A stretch of 64,000 bases of DNA from assembly GCA_964634875.1 (NCBI GenBank), contig CAZWKA010000006.1, forward strand, positions 12,173 through 76,172. Direction: 5' to 3'. Made by a program: the position numbers and the translations under genes. The notes beneath the pieces are model-generated. The model was not told the origin of the DNA and did not search any database. It worked only from the letters and a program-made list of their open reading frames with translations. The number at the start of each line of letters is the position of its first letter. Position 1 is the first letter of the stretch. This DNA is from an uncultured Gammaproteobacteria bacterium (GTDB taxonomy: Bacteria; Patescibacteriota; Patescibacteriia; Magasanikbacterales; GWA2-37-8). This document shows, piece after piece, positions 36,222 to 46,094 of the stretch.

Positions 36222-36851
36222 ATGCTTAAAAGAATTTTTGGTAGTCTCCTCGCCGTGCTGCTTCTCGGTTTTCCCGTGGCATCGCTGGCTTTTATGTCGT
36301 CGACTAATTTCCAAATTATTTCTGACACAATTGGAGTCGGCGGCGGTCTTAGTACGAGCACGTCGTATGGTTTGCAAGATACGCTTGGCACTATCTCGAT
36401 TGGCATTGTCAGCAGCACAAGCTATCGGATCATTGGGGGGTTCCAAACAAGTGAATCAAACGGTATTACCCTTCAAGTCAACAATACCTCACTCAATCTG
36501 GGTACCCTAAGTTCGAGCATGGTGAGTTCGGCCAATACCACGGCCACTGTCACGACGGACGCCCCAACGGGGTATACCTTATCTGTCGGGGCTGTTACCG
36601 GTACGAGCGTCACCCCGGTAGCTGATGGCTCTATTACTGCCGGGTCTGAAGAGTATGGTCTTACTACTACTGGCGCCGAGAGTTTGGTTTCGACTGATGT
36701 GGCAGTTACCAATGGTTTAAATTTAGCCAGTTCCGCAGCGGCAATTACCGGTAGCGCAACAATGATTGTTTTTAAAGCCTCTATTTCGAGTGCATCTGCG
36801 CAGGCGACATATAGTCAGAATATTACACTGACTGCGGCCAGTAACCCTTAA
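36222..36851 (+). CDS. Secreted Ser/Thr-rich surface protein, possibly a divergent WxL-like domain protein
   Basis: Signal peptide; C-terminus ..ATYSQNITLTAASNP resembles the terminal WxL motif pattern (Y..[IV]T[WL]TL...P); ATG at 36222 (the ORF-track start is TTG). Confidence 0.45.
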   Translation: MLKRIFGSLLAVLLLGFPVASLAFMSSTNFQIISDTIGVGGGLSTSTSYGLQDTLGTISIGIVSSTSYRIIGGFQTSESNGITLQVNNTSLNLGTLSSSMVSSANTTATVTTDAPTGYTLSVGAVTGTSVTPVADGSITAGSEEYGLTTTGAESLVSTDVAVTNGLNLASSAAAITGSATMIVFKASISSASAQATYSQNITLTAASNP

Positions 36852-36857
36852 AATGGT

Positions 36858-37790
36858 ATGCGTGCATTTTTTTTAAAAATTATCGGAATCAGCTTCCTTC
36901 TTGGAGGTTTTGTTGTGCAAGAAGCGCAGGCGCTTTCACTCAGCCCGTCCCGAGGGGTTATTACGGTTGACCCAGGTGTGACCGGCGACGTGGTTGTCAA
37001 CTTTACGAATGATGAGGAGGCAAAAGTAATTTTGCAATTAGGTGTTACGGGCCTTAAGCAGGATCAAGCCGGTCGGCCTATTTTTGGGGCAGGTTTTGAC
37101 GCTGCCGAATCTTGGGTTGTGCCGGAAAAGAGCGATATTGAACTTGGCCCGGGCGAACGACAAGCTATAATTTTTAAAGTAACTGTCCCTCCCGGTGCCA
37201 CACCTGGCTCACATTGGGTAGCCTTGGCTGCCGAAACCCGTCCAGGAGTTGGCGGGAGTGCTGTTGTGAACAGTCGCTTAGTAAGCCTTTTGGCAATCCA
37301 AGTTGCTGGTGTGGTGACGGAAGACCTTTCCCTCGACGCCAAACTTGAGGAGCATGTTGCTGTTGGTGGCGAAACTTTGCCGCTCTCTGTGCAGTTGCTT
37401 AATAATGGCAATATTGAAGTACCGCTTGTCGGTAAAGTAACTTTCCGTTCACTGTCTGGTCGGGAACTAAAAACCACTCCATTTATTGTCGGCAATCAAT
37501 TACTGCCTCAGGCTGAACGTACGGTTGAATATGCTGTCGTCGCGGGTAGGAATAAACAGTGTGCTGCAGAATCGAACACGTCTCTTTGTGCTGAGCTGTT
37601 TTGGCCAGGTTTGTATAAAATGACCACGAGCATTACCTATGGAAAAACTCAGCAAGTAGTGGTGGGCGAAGAATCTTTTTGGTATCTGCCACTCTGGAGT
37701 TTGGGTGGCGGCATTGTTCTTGTTGGGCTTGTTGTCTTTAGTGTCCGTAAGGTGCGCCGTCGTAGCATGTTTCAAAAGTATGTTTCGTAA
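36858..37790 (+). CDS. CscA/DUF916-DUF3324-like cell-surface protein with a C-terminal TM anchor and basic tail
   Basis: Signal peptide, beta-rich ectodomain, C-terminal ..LGGGIVLVGLVVFSVRKVRRRS. Confidence 0.55.
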   Translation: MRAFFLKIIGISFLLGGFVVQEAQALSLSPSRGVITVDPGVTGDVVVNFTNDEEAKVILQLGVTGLKQDQAGRPIFGAGFDAAESWVVPEKSDIELGPGERQAIIFKVTVPPGATPGSHWVALAAETRPGVGGSAVVNSRLVSLLAIQVAGVVTEDLSLDAKLEEHVAVGGETLPLSVQLLNNGNIEVPLVGKVTFRSLSGRELKTTPFIVGNQLLPQAERTVEYAVVAGRNKQCAAESNTSLCAELFWPGLYKMTTSITYGKTQQVVVGEESFWYLPLWSLGGGIVLVGLVVFSVRKVRRRSMFQKYVS

Positions 37791-40749
37791 ATTTTTAAGT
37801 TTTATCCTCATCTGTAGTTTGTTCGCCACCGGCGCAATTTTTCAGGTTGCTCAGGCTCAGACTGATACTGAGGGTATTACTGTTGGTGCAACTGTACCTG
37901 CTGCGCCAACAGACGGCGGGGGCGGGGGCGGTGGAGGAGGTGGAGGAGGTACGACCGACCCTACACCAACCCCAGAGCCGGTCGACACTGCTCCGGTTAT
38001 TACCAATGTTGTCTCAGTCCCTGATTTTAGGGATGCGCTCATAAGTTGGTCGGCTACGGATGACAAGGGTATCAGCATGAGTTCGTTTGTGTATGGTACA
38101 ACCATGGCCTACGGCAGTGCCGGCAGTATTACAGGTACATACCAAGTGATGTTATCGGGTCTCGCTACTGACACGCTTTATTTTTTTAAAATCACTGTTA
38201 CCGATACAGGTAATCATACTACTGAATCAACCGGTTCTTTCAAAACTAAATCAGAAACCGACACGAGCGCCCCTACGATTAGCAATGTTCAAGTCGTCAG
38301 CGGAGTAACGAGCGCCACAATTACTTGGGATACCAATGAAGTTTCCGACAGCCAAGTGCAATACGGCACCACAGCTGCTTACGGAAGCCGTGCGACCGAC
38401 ACCAACGCAGTCACGGCACACAGTGTGGTAATCCTTGGTCTTGATCCTAATACGACATACCACTTTCGGGTGATCTCAACCGATGCAAACGGTAATAGTG
38501 GTTCGAGTACTGACGATACCTTTAAAACGCTTAAAAAAACAGTTCCTCCGCCTGATGTCAGTAATGTAAGTGTTGCGCCAGTTAACGAAGCGCTGGTCGT
38601 GCGCTGGGAAAACCCGGGCGACATCGCTGCCCCTGATTTTGCTGGCGTCAGGATTATTCGTAAAATTGGCAGCCGCCCCGTGAATTTGGCAGATGGTGTC
38701 GAAGTCTACCGTGGCAGTGGGCAAATGTTTACGGATAACGGTGTCACGACTAACGTGCGCTATTTTTACACGCTTTTTTCTTTTGATACATCAGATAATT
38801 TTAGTGCTGGTGTTTTTGGGGATGGTGAGGTACCGGCCCGGCCTGGTCAAGAAGTCTGTGATAATGGACAAGATGATGATGCTAATGGGCAAGTTGATTG
38901 TGCTGACGCCACGTGTTCACTGGCGACTGCCTGTGTTGCTCCCCCAACCCCGGGTGAGCCGACGACACCAACAACTACCCCAAGCGAGCCCGGCACTGAG
39001 CCTCCAGTTGTTGTCCCGTCGTCCACTGTTCCGGTTTTTTTGAAAATTGGTTTAGAAACGTTGCGTTTTTCGGCTGCCAGCCGCACTCTCGTGCTTGAGC
39101 GAAAGAACGAGTACATATCTAATTTGGCTGGTTTTAACTTCACGGTGTCGCTCCCAAGAAACGTTTTATCGAAAGATCCGGAAGGAATAACAGTAGTTGT
39201 TGATGGGAGCGATCAGCACCAAATGTCGTATAACCCAGCGGATGGTTTGTATTATACGGATTTTGTTTTTCCGCCAGCAGGGCCACATCAATCCTATCTT
39301 CAAATTGATTACGGTGCTGGTGAGATCGACACCGTACCGTTTATTTTAGACAGCCGTTCTATCGGGCACGTGTTTGGCGATAAAAATGTCCCCGTGCGTG
39401 GAGCCAAGATAACCTTGCTCCTCGAAAACGGCACACCTTTTTCACTGCAGCCGTACCAACAAAACAACCCGCTAACCACCGGCGAGGAAGGAGCATTTGG
39501 TTGGGTGGTTCCCAACGGTCGGTATTATGCCAAAATCTCTGCTGCGGGGCGGTATGACTATAGCGTACCGCTGCAAAATATTACTAATAATGTTTTTGCT
39601 TTGAACGTCACGCTCATTACTATACCACCGACCCTCGCAGAAGTGATTGATTTTAATAAGCCGCTCGGTGAAAACATTAAAAATGTCGGAAAAAACCTAG
39701 CTGCCAAAACACAGGCAGCAGCTCAGGTGCTGAATAATTTAACTAATAACCCACAGATCGAGAAAGCTGCTAGCGACATTATCGCTCCGACAGCTGTTGG
39801 TATTATCGCAGTGAGTGTCGCGCCGCTTATCTCCTGGCTTGACCTATTGCCGCTGCTCCGATTGGTTTTTTTGCAACCCGTCCTTCTTATCGGCCGCAAG
39901 AAACGCCAAGGTTGGGGGCAAGTGTATAACTCGCTCAGTAAGCTTCCAGTTGATTTGGCGATCATCCGTCTGGTTGATTTTAAGACGGGCAAAGTAGTGC
40001 AATCGCGTGTTACGGATAAAAACGGTCGCTACTATTTTACGGTCAACCCCGGTAACTATCGCTTAGAAGTTTTGAAAGAAAAGATGATTTTCCCTTCGGT
40101 TTTATTGCGCGGGTTTGCGACTGACGGCACCAAGGCTGATATTTACCATGGTGAACAGGTATCCATTAAAGAAAAGGATCCCATCATCACCGCTAACATT
40201 CCACTCGATCCGAGTGGTGATAATAAAACGCCGCGCCGGTTGGTGTGGGAAAAAATTGGTAAAAAAGTGCAGGTTATTTTGTCCTGGTTTGGTTTGGCCG
40301 TAACGGCTGTTTCGCTGTACATTTCACCTAAATGGTACGTTGCCGCCCTGTTGGTTGGACATGTGGCAATGTTTTTTATCTTCCGACGCCTGGCGTTGCC
40401 ACCCAAGCCCAAGAGTTGGGGTATTGTCTATGATGCCAAGACCAAAACACCGGTCACGCGCGCGGTGGCCCGACTATTTAGCTCACAGTTCAACAAGCTG
40501 GTTTCTACTCAGATTACTGATGCCCGTGGCCGTTATTATTTCCTGGCTGGGGATAATCGATATTATGTCACTTATGATCACAAAGAGTATGAGCCCGCTA
40601 AAACTAATTTAATTGATTTAAGTGGAAAGGAAGTCGCGACAATCGGTTCGAATGTAGGATTGGTTAAGAAAGGTTTGCAGTCAACGTCTCAGCAAAATAC
40701 AGAAAAACCTAATGATACTGTGTCTATGAAAAAATACACTAGTCCTTAA
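37780..40749 (+). CDS. Large surface protein: signal peptide, poly-Gly linker, FN3-like domains, carboxypeptidase-regulatory-like domains, C-terminal TM helices
   Basis: Start at the MFRKF ATG (11-nt overlap with the upstream gene); GGGGGGGGGGGG run; FN3-like ..TWDTNEVSDSQVQYGTTAAYG..YHFRV..; ..TDKNGRYYFTVNPGNYRLEV.. Confidence 0.75.
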   Translation: MFRKFLSFILICSLFATGAIFQVAQAQTDTEGITVGATVPAAPTDGGGGGGGGGGGGTTDPTPTPEPVDTAPVITNVVSVPDFRDALISWSATDDKGISMSSFVYGTTMAYGSAGSITGTYQVMLSGLATDTLYFFKITVTDTGNHTTESTGSFKTKSETDTSAPTISNVQVVSGVTSATITWDTNEVSDSQVQYGTTAAYGSRATDTNAVTAHSVVILGLDPNTTYHFRVISTDANGNSGSSTDDTFKTLKKTVPPPDVSNVSVAPVNEALVVRWENPGDIAAPDFAGVRIIRKIGSRPVNLADGVEVYRGSGQMFTDNGVTTNVRYFYTLFSFDTSDNFSAGVFGDGEVPARPGQEVCDNGQDDDANGQVDCADATCSLATACVAPPTPGEPTTPTTTPSEPGTEPPVVVPSSTVPVFLKIGLETLRFSAASRTLVLERKNEYISNLAGFNFTVSLPRNVLSKDPEGITVVVDGSDQHQMSYNPADGLYYTDFVFPPAGPHQSYLQIDYGAGEIDTVPFILDSRSIGHVFGDKNVPVRGAKITLLLENGTPFSLQPYQQNNPLTTGEEGAFGWVVPNGRYYAKISAAGRYDYSVPLQNITNNVFALNVTLITIPPTLAEVIDFNKPLGENIKNVGKNLAAKTQAAAQVLNNLTNNPQIEKAASDIIAPTAVGIIAVSVAPLISWLDLLPLLRLVFLQPVLLIGRKKRQGWGQVYNSLSKLPVDLAIIRLVDFKTGKVVQSRVTDKNGRYYFTVNPGNYRLEVLKEKMIFPSVLLRGFATDGTKADIYHGEQVSIKEKDPIITANIPLDPSGDNKTPRRLVWEKIGKKVQVILSWFGLAVTAVSLYISPKWYVAALLVGHVAMFFIFRRLALPPKPKSWGIVYDAKTKTPVTRAVARLFSSQFNKLVSTQITDARGRYYFLAGDNRYYVTYDHKEYEPAKTNLIDLSGKEVATIGSNVGLVKKGLQSTSQQNTEKPNDTVSMKKYTSP
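37918..37953 (+). repeat. GGN codon repeat encoding 12 consecutive Gly
   Basis: gacggcgggggcgggggcggtggaggaggtggaggaggt. Confidence 0.8.
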
Positions 40750-40754
40750 ACCAC

Positions 40755-43700
40755 ATGTTTCGTTTAAGACAAAAACATTTCAAGTCAAAACTTTTCCAAG
40801 CCCTTATGGGTCTCGGAGTGTTTTTGTTTTTTACAACCGCTTTCATTTTTTCTTACAGTCCAGCTGAGGCCGCTCCGACGGGTCCAAGCATTTTTACGTA
40901 CCAAGGCAAACTCTTAAGCAGTGCTAATGCGCCGATCAGTACGGCCGTCATGATGAAATTTGTTTTGTACGATTCGCTGACTGACGGTGCCGCTTTGTAT
41001 AGTGCTGCGGGGACACCGGGGGCACCAACCGCCGTAAGTATTACCCCCTCAAGCGGTATTTTCAGTGTTAATTTGGGTGGGACTGATACTAATCCAGTTG
41101 ATTCGGGTATTTTTAGAGATAATCCGGCTGTGTATCTGGAAGTTACGGTTGGTGCAGAAACTCTGACGCCGCGCAAACAGATTACAGCAAGCCCCTATGC
41201 CTTTAATGCTTTGTACCTCGATGGACAGAGTCTGGATACGAATTCGACCACTGCCTACATTCCACTCTCCGACGACCAAGGAAACTTTCGGTTTAATAAT
41301 ATAACTAGTACCGCCTTTTTCGTTACTGGTACAAGTACGTTAGCCACGACAACGATTAATAGTTCAACTATTACCAATGCAAATGTTACTAACCTCACGG
41401 TTAATGGCACCGTTTCATTTCTGAGTAATTCGTTGTCGGATGCCATGATTCCAGACACGATTACCGCGAGTAATTATTTGTTACTTGCTGGTGGTACCCT
41501 TGGTGGCGATCTGGCCTTTGGAGGCAATGATATCACGGGGCTCAATGATTTGAGTTTGAACGGCACCTTGACGAACAGTGGTCTAACACTGCTCGCGGGC
41601 GGTTTTATCGCCTCCGCTTCGTCAACCGTCAACGCCCAGCTCAATGTTCAAGGGCCGCTCAGCGCCTCTTCAACTCTTGTTGTAGCGGCCACTTCAACGT
41701 TCGCAACAGGGGTTGGTATCGCTACTTCGTCGCCGTTGGCTGCCCTTACTATCCAAGACGGTAGCATTTTAGCTGTCGGGAGCGCCGGTGGCACACCGTA
41801 CCAAGGGCCTGGTACACGACTAATGTGGGTTCCTAATAAAGCCGCTTTCAGAGCCGGATACGTTAATGGCTCACAGTGGGATGCTGCAAACATTGGTATT
41901 TACTCCACAGCATTCGGTGAAAATAATCAGGTGTCAGGTGACCGCGCGTTTGCGGGCGGTGCTGGCAATACTGTGAGTCAAACGGCCTCGGTTGCCTTTG
42001 GTGGTAGTAATACGGTAAGTGTTACTTATTCGGGCGCATTTGGTTTAAGTAATATAATTAACGGCGGCGGTGGCGGTTTCGCCTTTGGTATGAACAACAC
42101 GGTGAGTGGAGCGAGTTCTGCAATTGCCCTGGGTACAGGTAACAGTTCTGCTGGGGGCAGCGGTTCAACTGCTATTGGAAGTGCCAACAGCGCAGGTGGA
42201 ACAACAGCGATTGCTCTGGGTTCAAATATGTCGGTCAGTGGAAATAATTCAGTTGGTATCGGGCTTGATACAAATAATCGAACTCTGTCTCGAAACAATA
42301 CATTGGCGATTATGGGTGGCAATGTTGGTATTGGCACGTTGACCCCAGGTTATTTACTTTCGGTAAGCGGAACGCTGGCAGTCAGTGCTACCTCCACATT
42401 TGTCACTACAACTGCGGTGAGTTCTACAATTGAAACAGCTAATATCGCTTCGTTGTTTGCTAATACAGCAACAATTACCTCGCTCACTGTTACCAATTGT
42501 ACCGGGTGCGGTGGAGGGGTTTCGCTGGCTGCTAATCAGACTTTTACTGGTTTAAATACTTTTGCGGCAACCACAACGCTTGCAACTACTACGATTGGGG
42601 GAAGTCTTACTCCTTCAACCACTAACTTTTACGACTTAGGCACTTCTTCCACGCAGTGGAGATATTTAAATGTTTACGGAGGTGTTTTTCAGGCGGATGG
42701 TGTCACCACGTCTTCTTTAGAACAGCATCAACTCATTCTTGGTCAAGCTGTGGGGTATGATAAAGGTAAATTCTATATTGATGCCAGCGGCAATATTAGT
42801 GCTTCTGGCTCACTTCGGCTTGCCGGCAATGTTTTGCCATCTGCGCGGCCATCGTTTACAGTGACAGCGCGTACTACAAGTACGCTGAGTTCGGTTTTTG
42901 ATGCGGGTGGTGGAGGAGACAGAAATATTTCAATGGTAATTAATGCTGACGGTTTTCCTATAGTAGCTTTTACTGCCAATGCCAATGATTTACGGGTAGT
43001 AAAATGTGGAAACGCTGATTGCTCGGCAGGGAATATAGACACGGTTGTTGCTGTAAATGATGTAATCGGTCAGTCAAATTCTATGGCACTTGGATCCGAT
43101 GGCTTGCCAGTTATTGCGTATCAAGGCGCTGGCAGTGGAAGCGTGCACGTTATTCACTGTGGTAATTTGGCGTGTAGTAGTGGAAATACCACCACTGATG
43201 TTAACGGATCAAATCAAGGAACATACTTATCGTTGGCGATTGGTATTGATGGAATGCCTGGAATTGCTGTTTTTGACGTGAATAATGATGTTCGGTATAT
43301 CAAGTGTCTCAATTTGACCTGTTCGGCCAGTCAAGACAATCCAGTGGATGTTTCCGCAACTATTTCAACAGGTCATTATATTTCGTTGGCCATCGCCAAT
43401 AACGGTTATCCAATGATGGCATATTATAATCCAGATAAAACATCTTTGGACTACGCGCTTTGTGGCGATCCTGCTTGCAGCGATCGAGCCAAAATTACCA
43501 CAACTACAGTAGATAACACTGCTGACCAAGGGCAGTATGTTTCTTTGGCTGTTGGTTCAGATGGTCTTCCGGTTATGTCGTACCGCGACCCAACCTTTAA
43601 TCGTCTTATCGTGACGCGTTGCTTTAGCATGCTGTGCAATGGCGCAACAGATGGGGCAGTTTTGTCTAGTGGCGACTATGCAGGAGCAGGTATATACAGT

Positions 43701-46013
43701 TCAATTGAAATTGGTGTGGATGGTTTTCCGCTGGTGGCGCATCGCGCAAGCGGAATTGCTGGTTTGATGATGTTTAAATGTAATAGTGTTGGGTGTCTTA
43801 GCCCTACGTCAACTGTTCTCGATACACAAAATAGTCAAGCGGGATGGTATCCAAGTTTAGCAATTGGCGCAGACGGAGTGCCTATTGTTGCCTATTTTAC
43901 AGATGTTGGTAACGGCGAGCTTCATTTTTTAAAGTGTGCCGGGTATGATTGTGGAGCAACAACAACCCCAATTTTTACGGGCGGCTCAAATCTGGGTACT
44001 ACCGAAAATTATTTTAACAATGTGTATGCCAACCAGTTTTGGGGAAAAAAGTTTAAGGTTGCTGCTTTTGATGTGGCCGAAGAATATCCCACACTCGACG
44101 CCACGCTTGTAGCGGGTGAAGTTGTTGCGTTTGACGAAAATGCTCCCGGGTATGTAAAGCGAGCGACAGACAGCAACAAAGTGATTGGTATCATTTCAAC
44201 AAAACCAGGTTTATTGTTATCGGAATGGGAAAATGATGCTTCGAATGCAATGCAGGTGCCGGTCGCGCTTTCTGGTCGGGTGCCGCTACGTGTGCGGGCG
44301 GACAATGGTGCTATTTATGTTGGCGATTATTTACAGCTATCTGCAATACCCGGTGTGGCTGAAAAATCATCAGGCGATAAACCAACAATTGGTATTGCTA
44401 TGGATGTGTTTGAAGGTGTTGGAACTGGATCAGTAATGACGTTTGTAAATCTTGACGCCAGTGGAAGTGGTAGTGTCTATAATTCACTTACCGCAAGCGG
44501 TCAAAACGATAAAGTTATCATTGGTACAACGAGTACTCCTTATTCTCTTGAACTTAATGGTAACTTTTCAGTCGTCGATCCGTCGCTTGCCCGCCTGACG
44601 TTCTCGACCACAACACTTCTGACAATTAATGTCCCTGATTTCGAAAATGCAAAAGCGCTTATTTTAAACGCACCAAACTTCACACCGAACAGTGCGCCTG
44701 ATCGCATACTCTTTTCACTTCGTTCTCAAGATATTCCAGTATTTTCAGTCAGCGCCAACGGAGACGTTAATGCCCTAGGTAATTATTATGGCCAAAGCGC
44801 TACGTTTGGTTCGTCGACTAATCCCGGCGACTTAGCTGAACGAGTGGATATTGCCGGGGACGACCAAGTTGAAGCGGGGGATGTCATGATTGTTGATCCT
44901 AATAGTCCAGACACTTACAGGCGCAGCAATAGCTCATACGACCAAGCGGTCGCAGGTGTGATTTCAAGTAACCCGACCATTGTGGTCGGCCGCGGTAAGA
45001 CTGATTACACCGCCAATCTTGCTATGGTCGGACGAGTGCCAGTAAAGGTAAACAACCAAAATGGTTCAATTGCCCGCGGTGACTTGCTTGTTGCTTCCGC
45101 AAAAACAGGTGAGGCAATGAAGTATGACCCGGCACTTGATGTTAGTTCCAAAATGGTTGGTGTTATTGGTATCGCACTCGATCCGCTTACAGCAGAACAA
45201 GGTAAAGTAATGGCTCTTATTCGCACAGGTTGGGCTTACAGCCAGACCAAAACCTTGGCAGATCTGCAAACGACAATTGAAAGTGTGCTGGCAAGCAGTG
45301 GTGAAGGTCTGGGCGCTGACCTTGAAAAAATAGGTGTAGAAAGTTCGGCCGGTAATCTTGGGTATAGTAACGGAGACCTAAACCTTGGCGGCAATTCGTT
45401 GCTTGGAGTAAGTGTTGTCCGCAGTAAAAATAATACCTGGGAAATTGACGGTGAAGGTCGGATGCGAGCCAAGAGTATCACGGTTGAACAGGTTATTACC
45501 GGCGAATTGGTGGTTACACCAGGTGCTGACCCTAAAAAAACGACTATTGGTGAAGCAATGGTTGCTAAAGGTCAAACGAGCGTAGTGGTAGAGAATGCTG
45601 TGTTTACAACCACTACTAAAATTTTTATCACCTTTGTTGATAATCCGAAGCACTTTTGGTGGGTCTCCAAAAAGGAAGCAGGAGCATTTACAGTTTCATT
45701 TGATGCTGCCGCAGCGGATGATGCAGTTTTTGACTACTGGCTTATTCCCACTACGGCTGTTGATAACTTAACGGTGCCACCTTCAACCGCGGTACCGGCT
45801 CCGGAAGCTCCTCCAGATATTCCGCCAGCTGAAAGTGAGGGTGGTATCACAACCTCCACCCTCGAGGAAGATGAGAATAATGCTGGGTTAAGCGTTAATT
45901 CGACCACGAGCACTGTTATTGATCTGCCTGCCGAACCAAGCCCAGACTCCGGGCCCACATCGAGTTCAAATGATTTTGAAGGATCTGAATCGGAACCAGC
46001 TCAAGACCCTTAA
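40755..46013 (+). CDS. Giant secreted adhesin-like protein 1 (1752 aa) with YadA-head (Hep/Hag)-like repeats and six paired-Cys blade repeats
   Basis: Signal peptide; ..SVAFGGSNTVS..AIALGTGNSS..STAIGSANSAGG..; repeats like DGLPVIAYQGAGSGSVHVIHCGNLACSSGN; acidic Ser/Thr-rich tail. Confidence 0.85.
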   Translation: MFRLRQKHFKSKLFQALMGLGVFLFFTTAFIFSYSPAEAAPTGPSIFTYQGKLLSSANAPISTAVMMKFVLYDSLTDGAALYSAAGTPGAPTAVSITPSSGIFSVNLGGTDTNPVDSGIFRDNPAVYLEVTVGAETLTPRKQITASPYAFNALYLDGQSLDTNSTTAYIPLSDDQGNFRFNNITSTAFFVTGTSTLATTTINSSTITNANVTNLTVNGTVSFLSNSLSDAMIPDTITASNYLLLAGGTLGGDLAFGGNDITGLNDLSLNGTLTNSGLTLLAGGFIASASSTVNAQLNVQGPLSASSTLVVAATSTFATGVGIATSSPLAALTIQDGSILAVGSAGGTPYQGPGTRLMWVPNKAAFRAGYVNGSQWDAANIGIYSTAFGENNQVSGDRAFAGGAGNTVSQTASVAFGGSNTVSVTYSGAFGLSNIINGGGGGFAFGMNNTVSGASSAIALGTGNSSAGGSGSTAIGSANSAGGTTAIALGSNMSVSGNNSVGIGLDTNNRTLSRNNTLAIMGGNVGIGTLTPGYLLSVSGTLAVSATSTFVTTTAVSSTIETANIASLFANTATITSLTVTNCTGCGGGVSLAANQTFTGLNTFAATTTLATTTIGGSLTPSTTNFYDLGTSSTQWRYLNVYGGVFQADGVTTSSLEQHQLILGQAVGYDKGKFYIDASGNISASGSLRLAGNVLPSARPSFTVTARTTSTLSSVFDAGGGGDRNISMVINADGFPIVAFTANANDLRVVKCGNADCSAGNIDTVVAVNDVIGQSNSMALGSDGLPVIAYQGAGSGSVHVIHCGNLACSSGNTTTDVNGSNQGTYLSLAIGIDGMPGIAVFDVNNDVRYIKCLNLTCSASQDNPVDVSATISTGHYISLAIANNGYPMMAYYNPDKTSLDYALCGDPACSDRAKITTTTVDNTADQGQYVSLAVGSDGLPVMSYRDPTFNRLIVTRCFSMLCNGATDGAVLSSGDYAGAGIYSSIEIGVDGFPLVAHRASGIAGLMMFKCNSVGCLSPTSTVLDTQNSQAGWYPSLAIGADGVPIVAYFTDVGNGELHFLKCAGYDCGATTTPIFTGGSNLGTTENYFNNVYANQFWGKKFKVAAFDVAEEYPTLDATLVAGEVVAFDENAPGYVKRATDSNKVIGIISTKPGLLLSEWENDASNAMQVPVALSGRVPLRVRADNGAIYVGDYLQLSAIPGVAEKSSGDKPTIGIAMDVFEGVGTGSVMTFVNLDASGSGSVYNSLTASGQNDKVIIGTTSTPYSLELNGNFSVVDPSLARLTFSTTTLLTINVPDFENAKALILNAPNFTPNSAPDRILFSLRSQDIPVFSVSANGDVNALGNYYGQSATFGSSTNPGDLAERVDIAGDDQVEAGDVMIVDPNSPDTYRRSNSSYDQAVAGVISSNPTIVVGRGKTDYTANLAMVGRVPVKVNNQNGSIARGDLLVASAKTGEAMKYDPALDVSSKMVGVIGIALDPLTAEQGKVMALIRTGWAYSQTKTLADLQTTIESVLASSGEGLGADLEKIGVESSAGNLGYSNGDLNLGGNSLLGVSVVRSKNNTWEIDGEGRMRAKSITVEQVITGELVVTPGADPKKTTIGEAMVAKGQTSVVVENAVFTTTTKIFITFVDNPKHFWWVSKKEAGAFTVSFDAAAADDAVFDYWLIPTTAVDNLTVPPSTAVPAPEAPPDIPPAESEGGITTSTLEEDENNAGLSVNSTTSTVIDLPAEPSPDSGPTSSSNDFEGSESEPAQDP
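44540..45250 (+). repeat. About 0.7-kb block nearly identical at nucleotide level to 50260-50970 in the second giant gene
   Basis: For example ggccaaagcgctacgtttggttcgtcgactaatcccggcgacttagctgaacgagtggatattgc vs 50511-50575. Confidence 0.8.
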
Positions 46014-46094
46014 AGTTTCTGCTTTTCTGTGGTATAGTCCCCAAGTCTAGATGACTGACAGCTACTCTAAGCTGCCAGAATTTAGGCTTAGTGT

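Noticed and set aside
37918-37953. GGN repeat considered as a phase-variation switch
   Set aside because: The repeat is in-frame trinucleotide-based (poly-Gly linker). Length changes would alter linker length, not the reading frame, so it is kept as a feature but not as an on/off switch.
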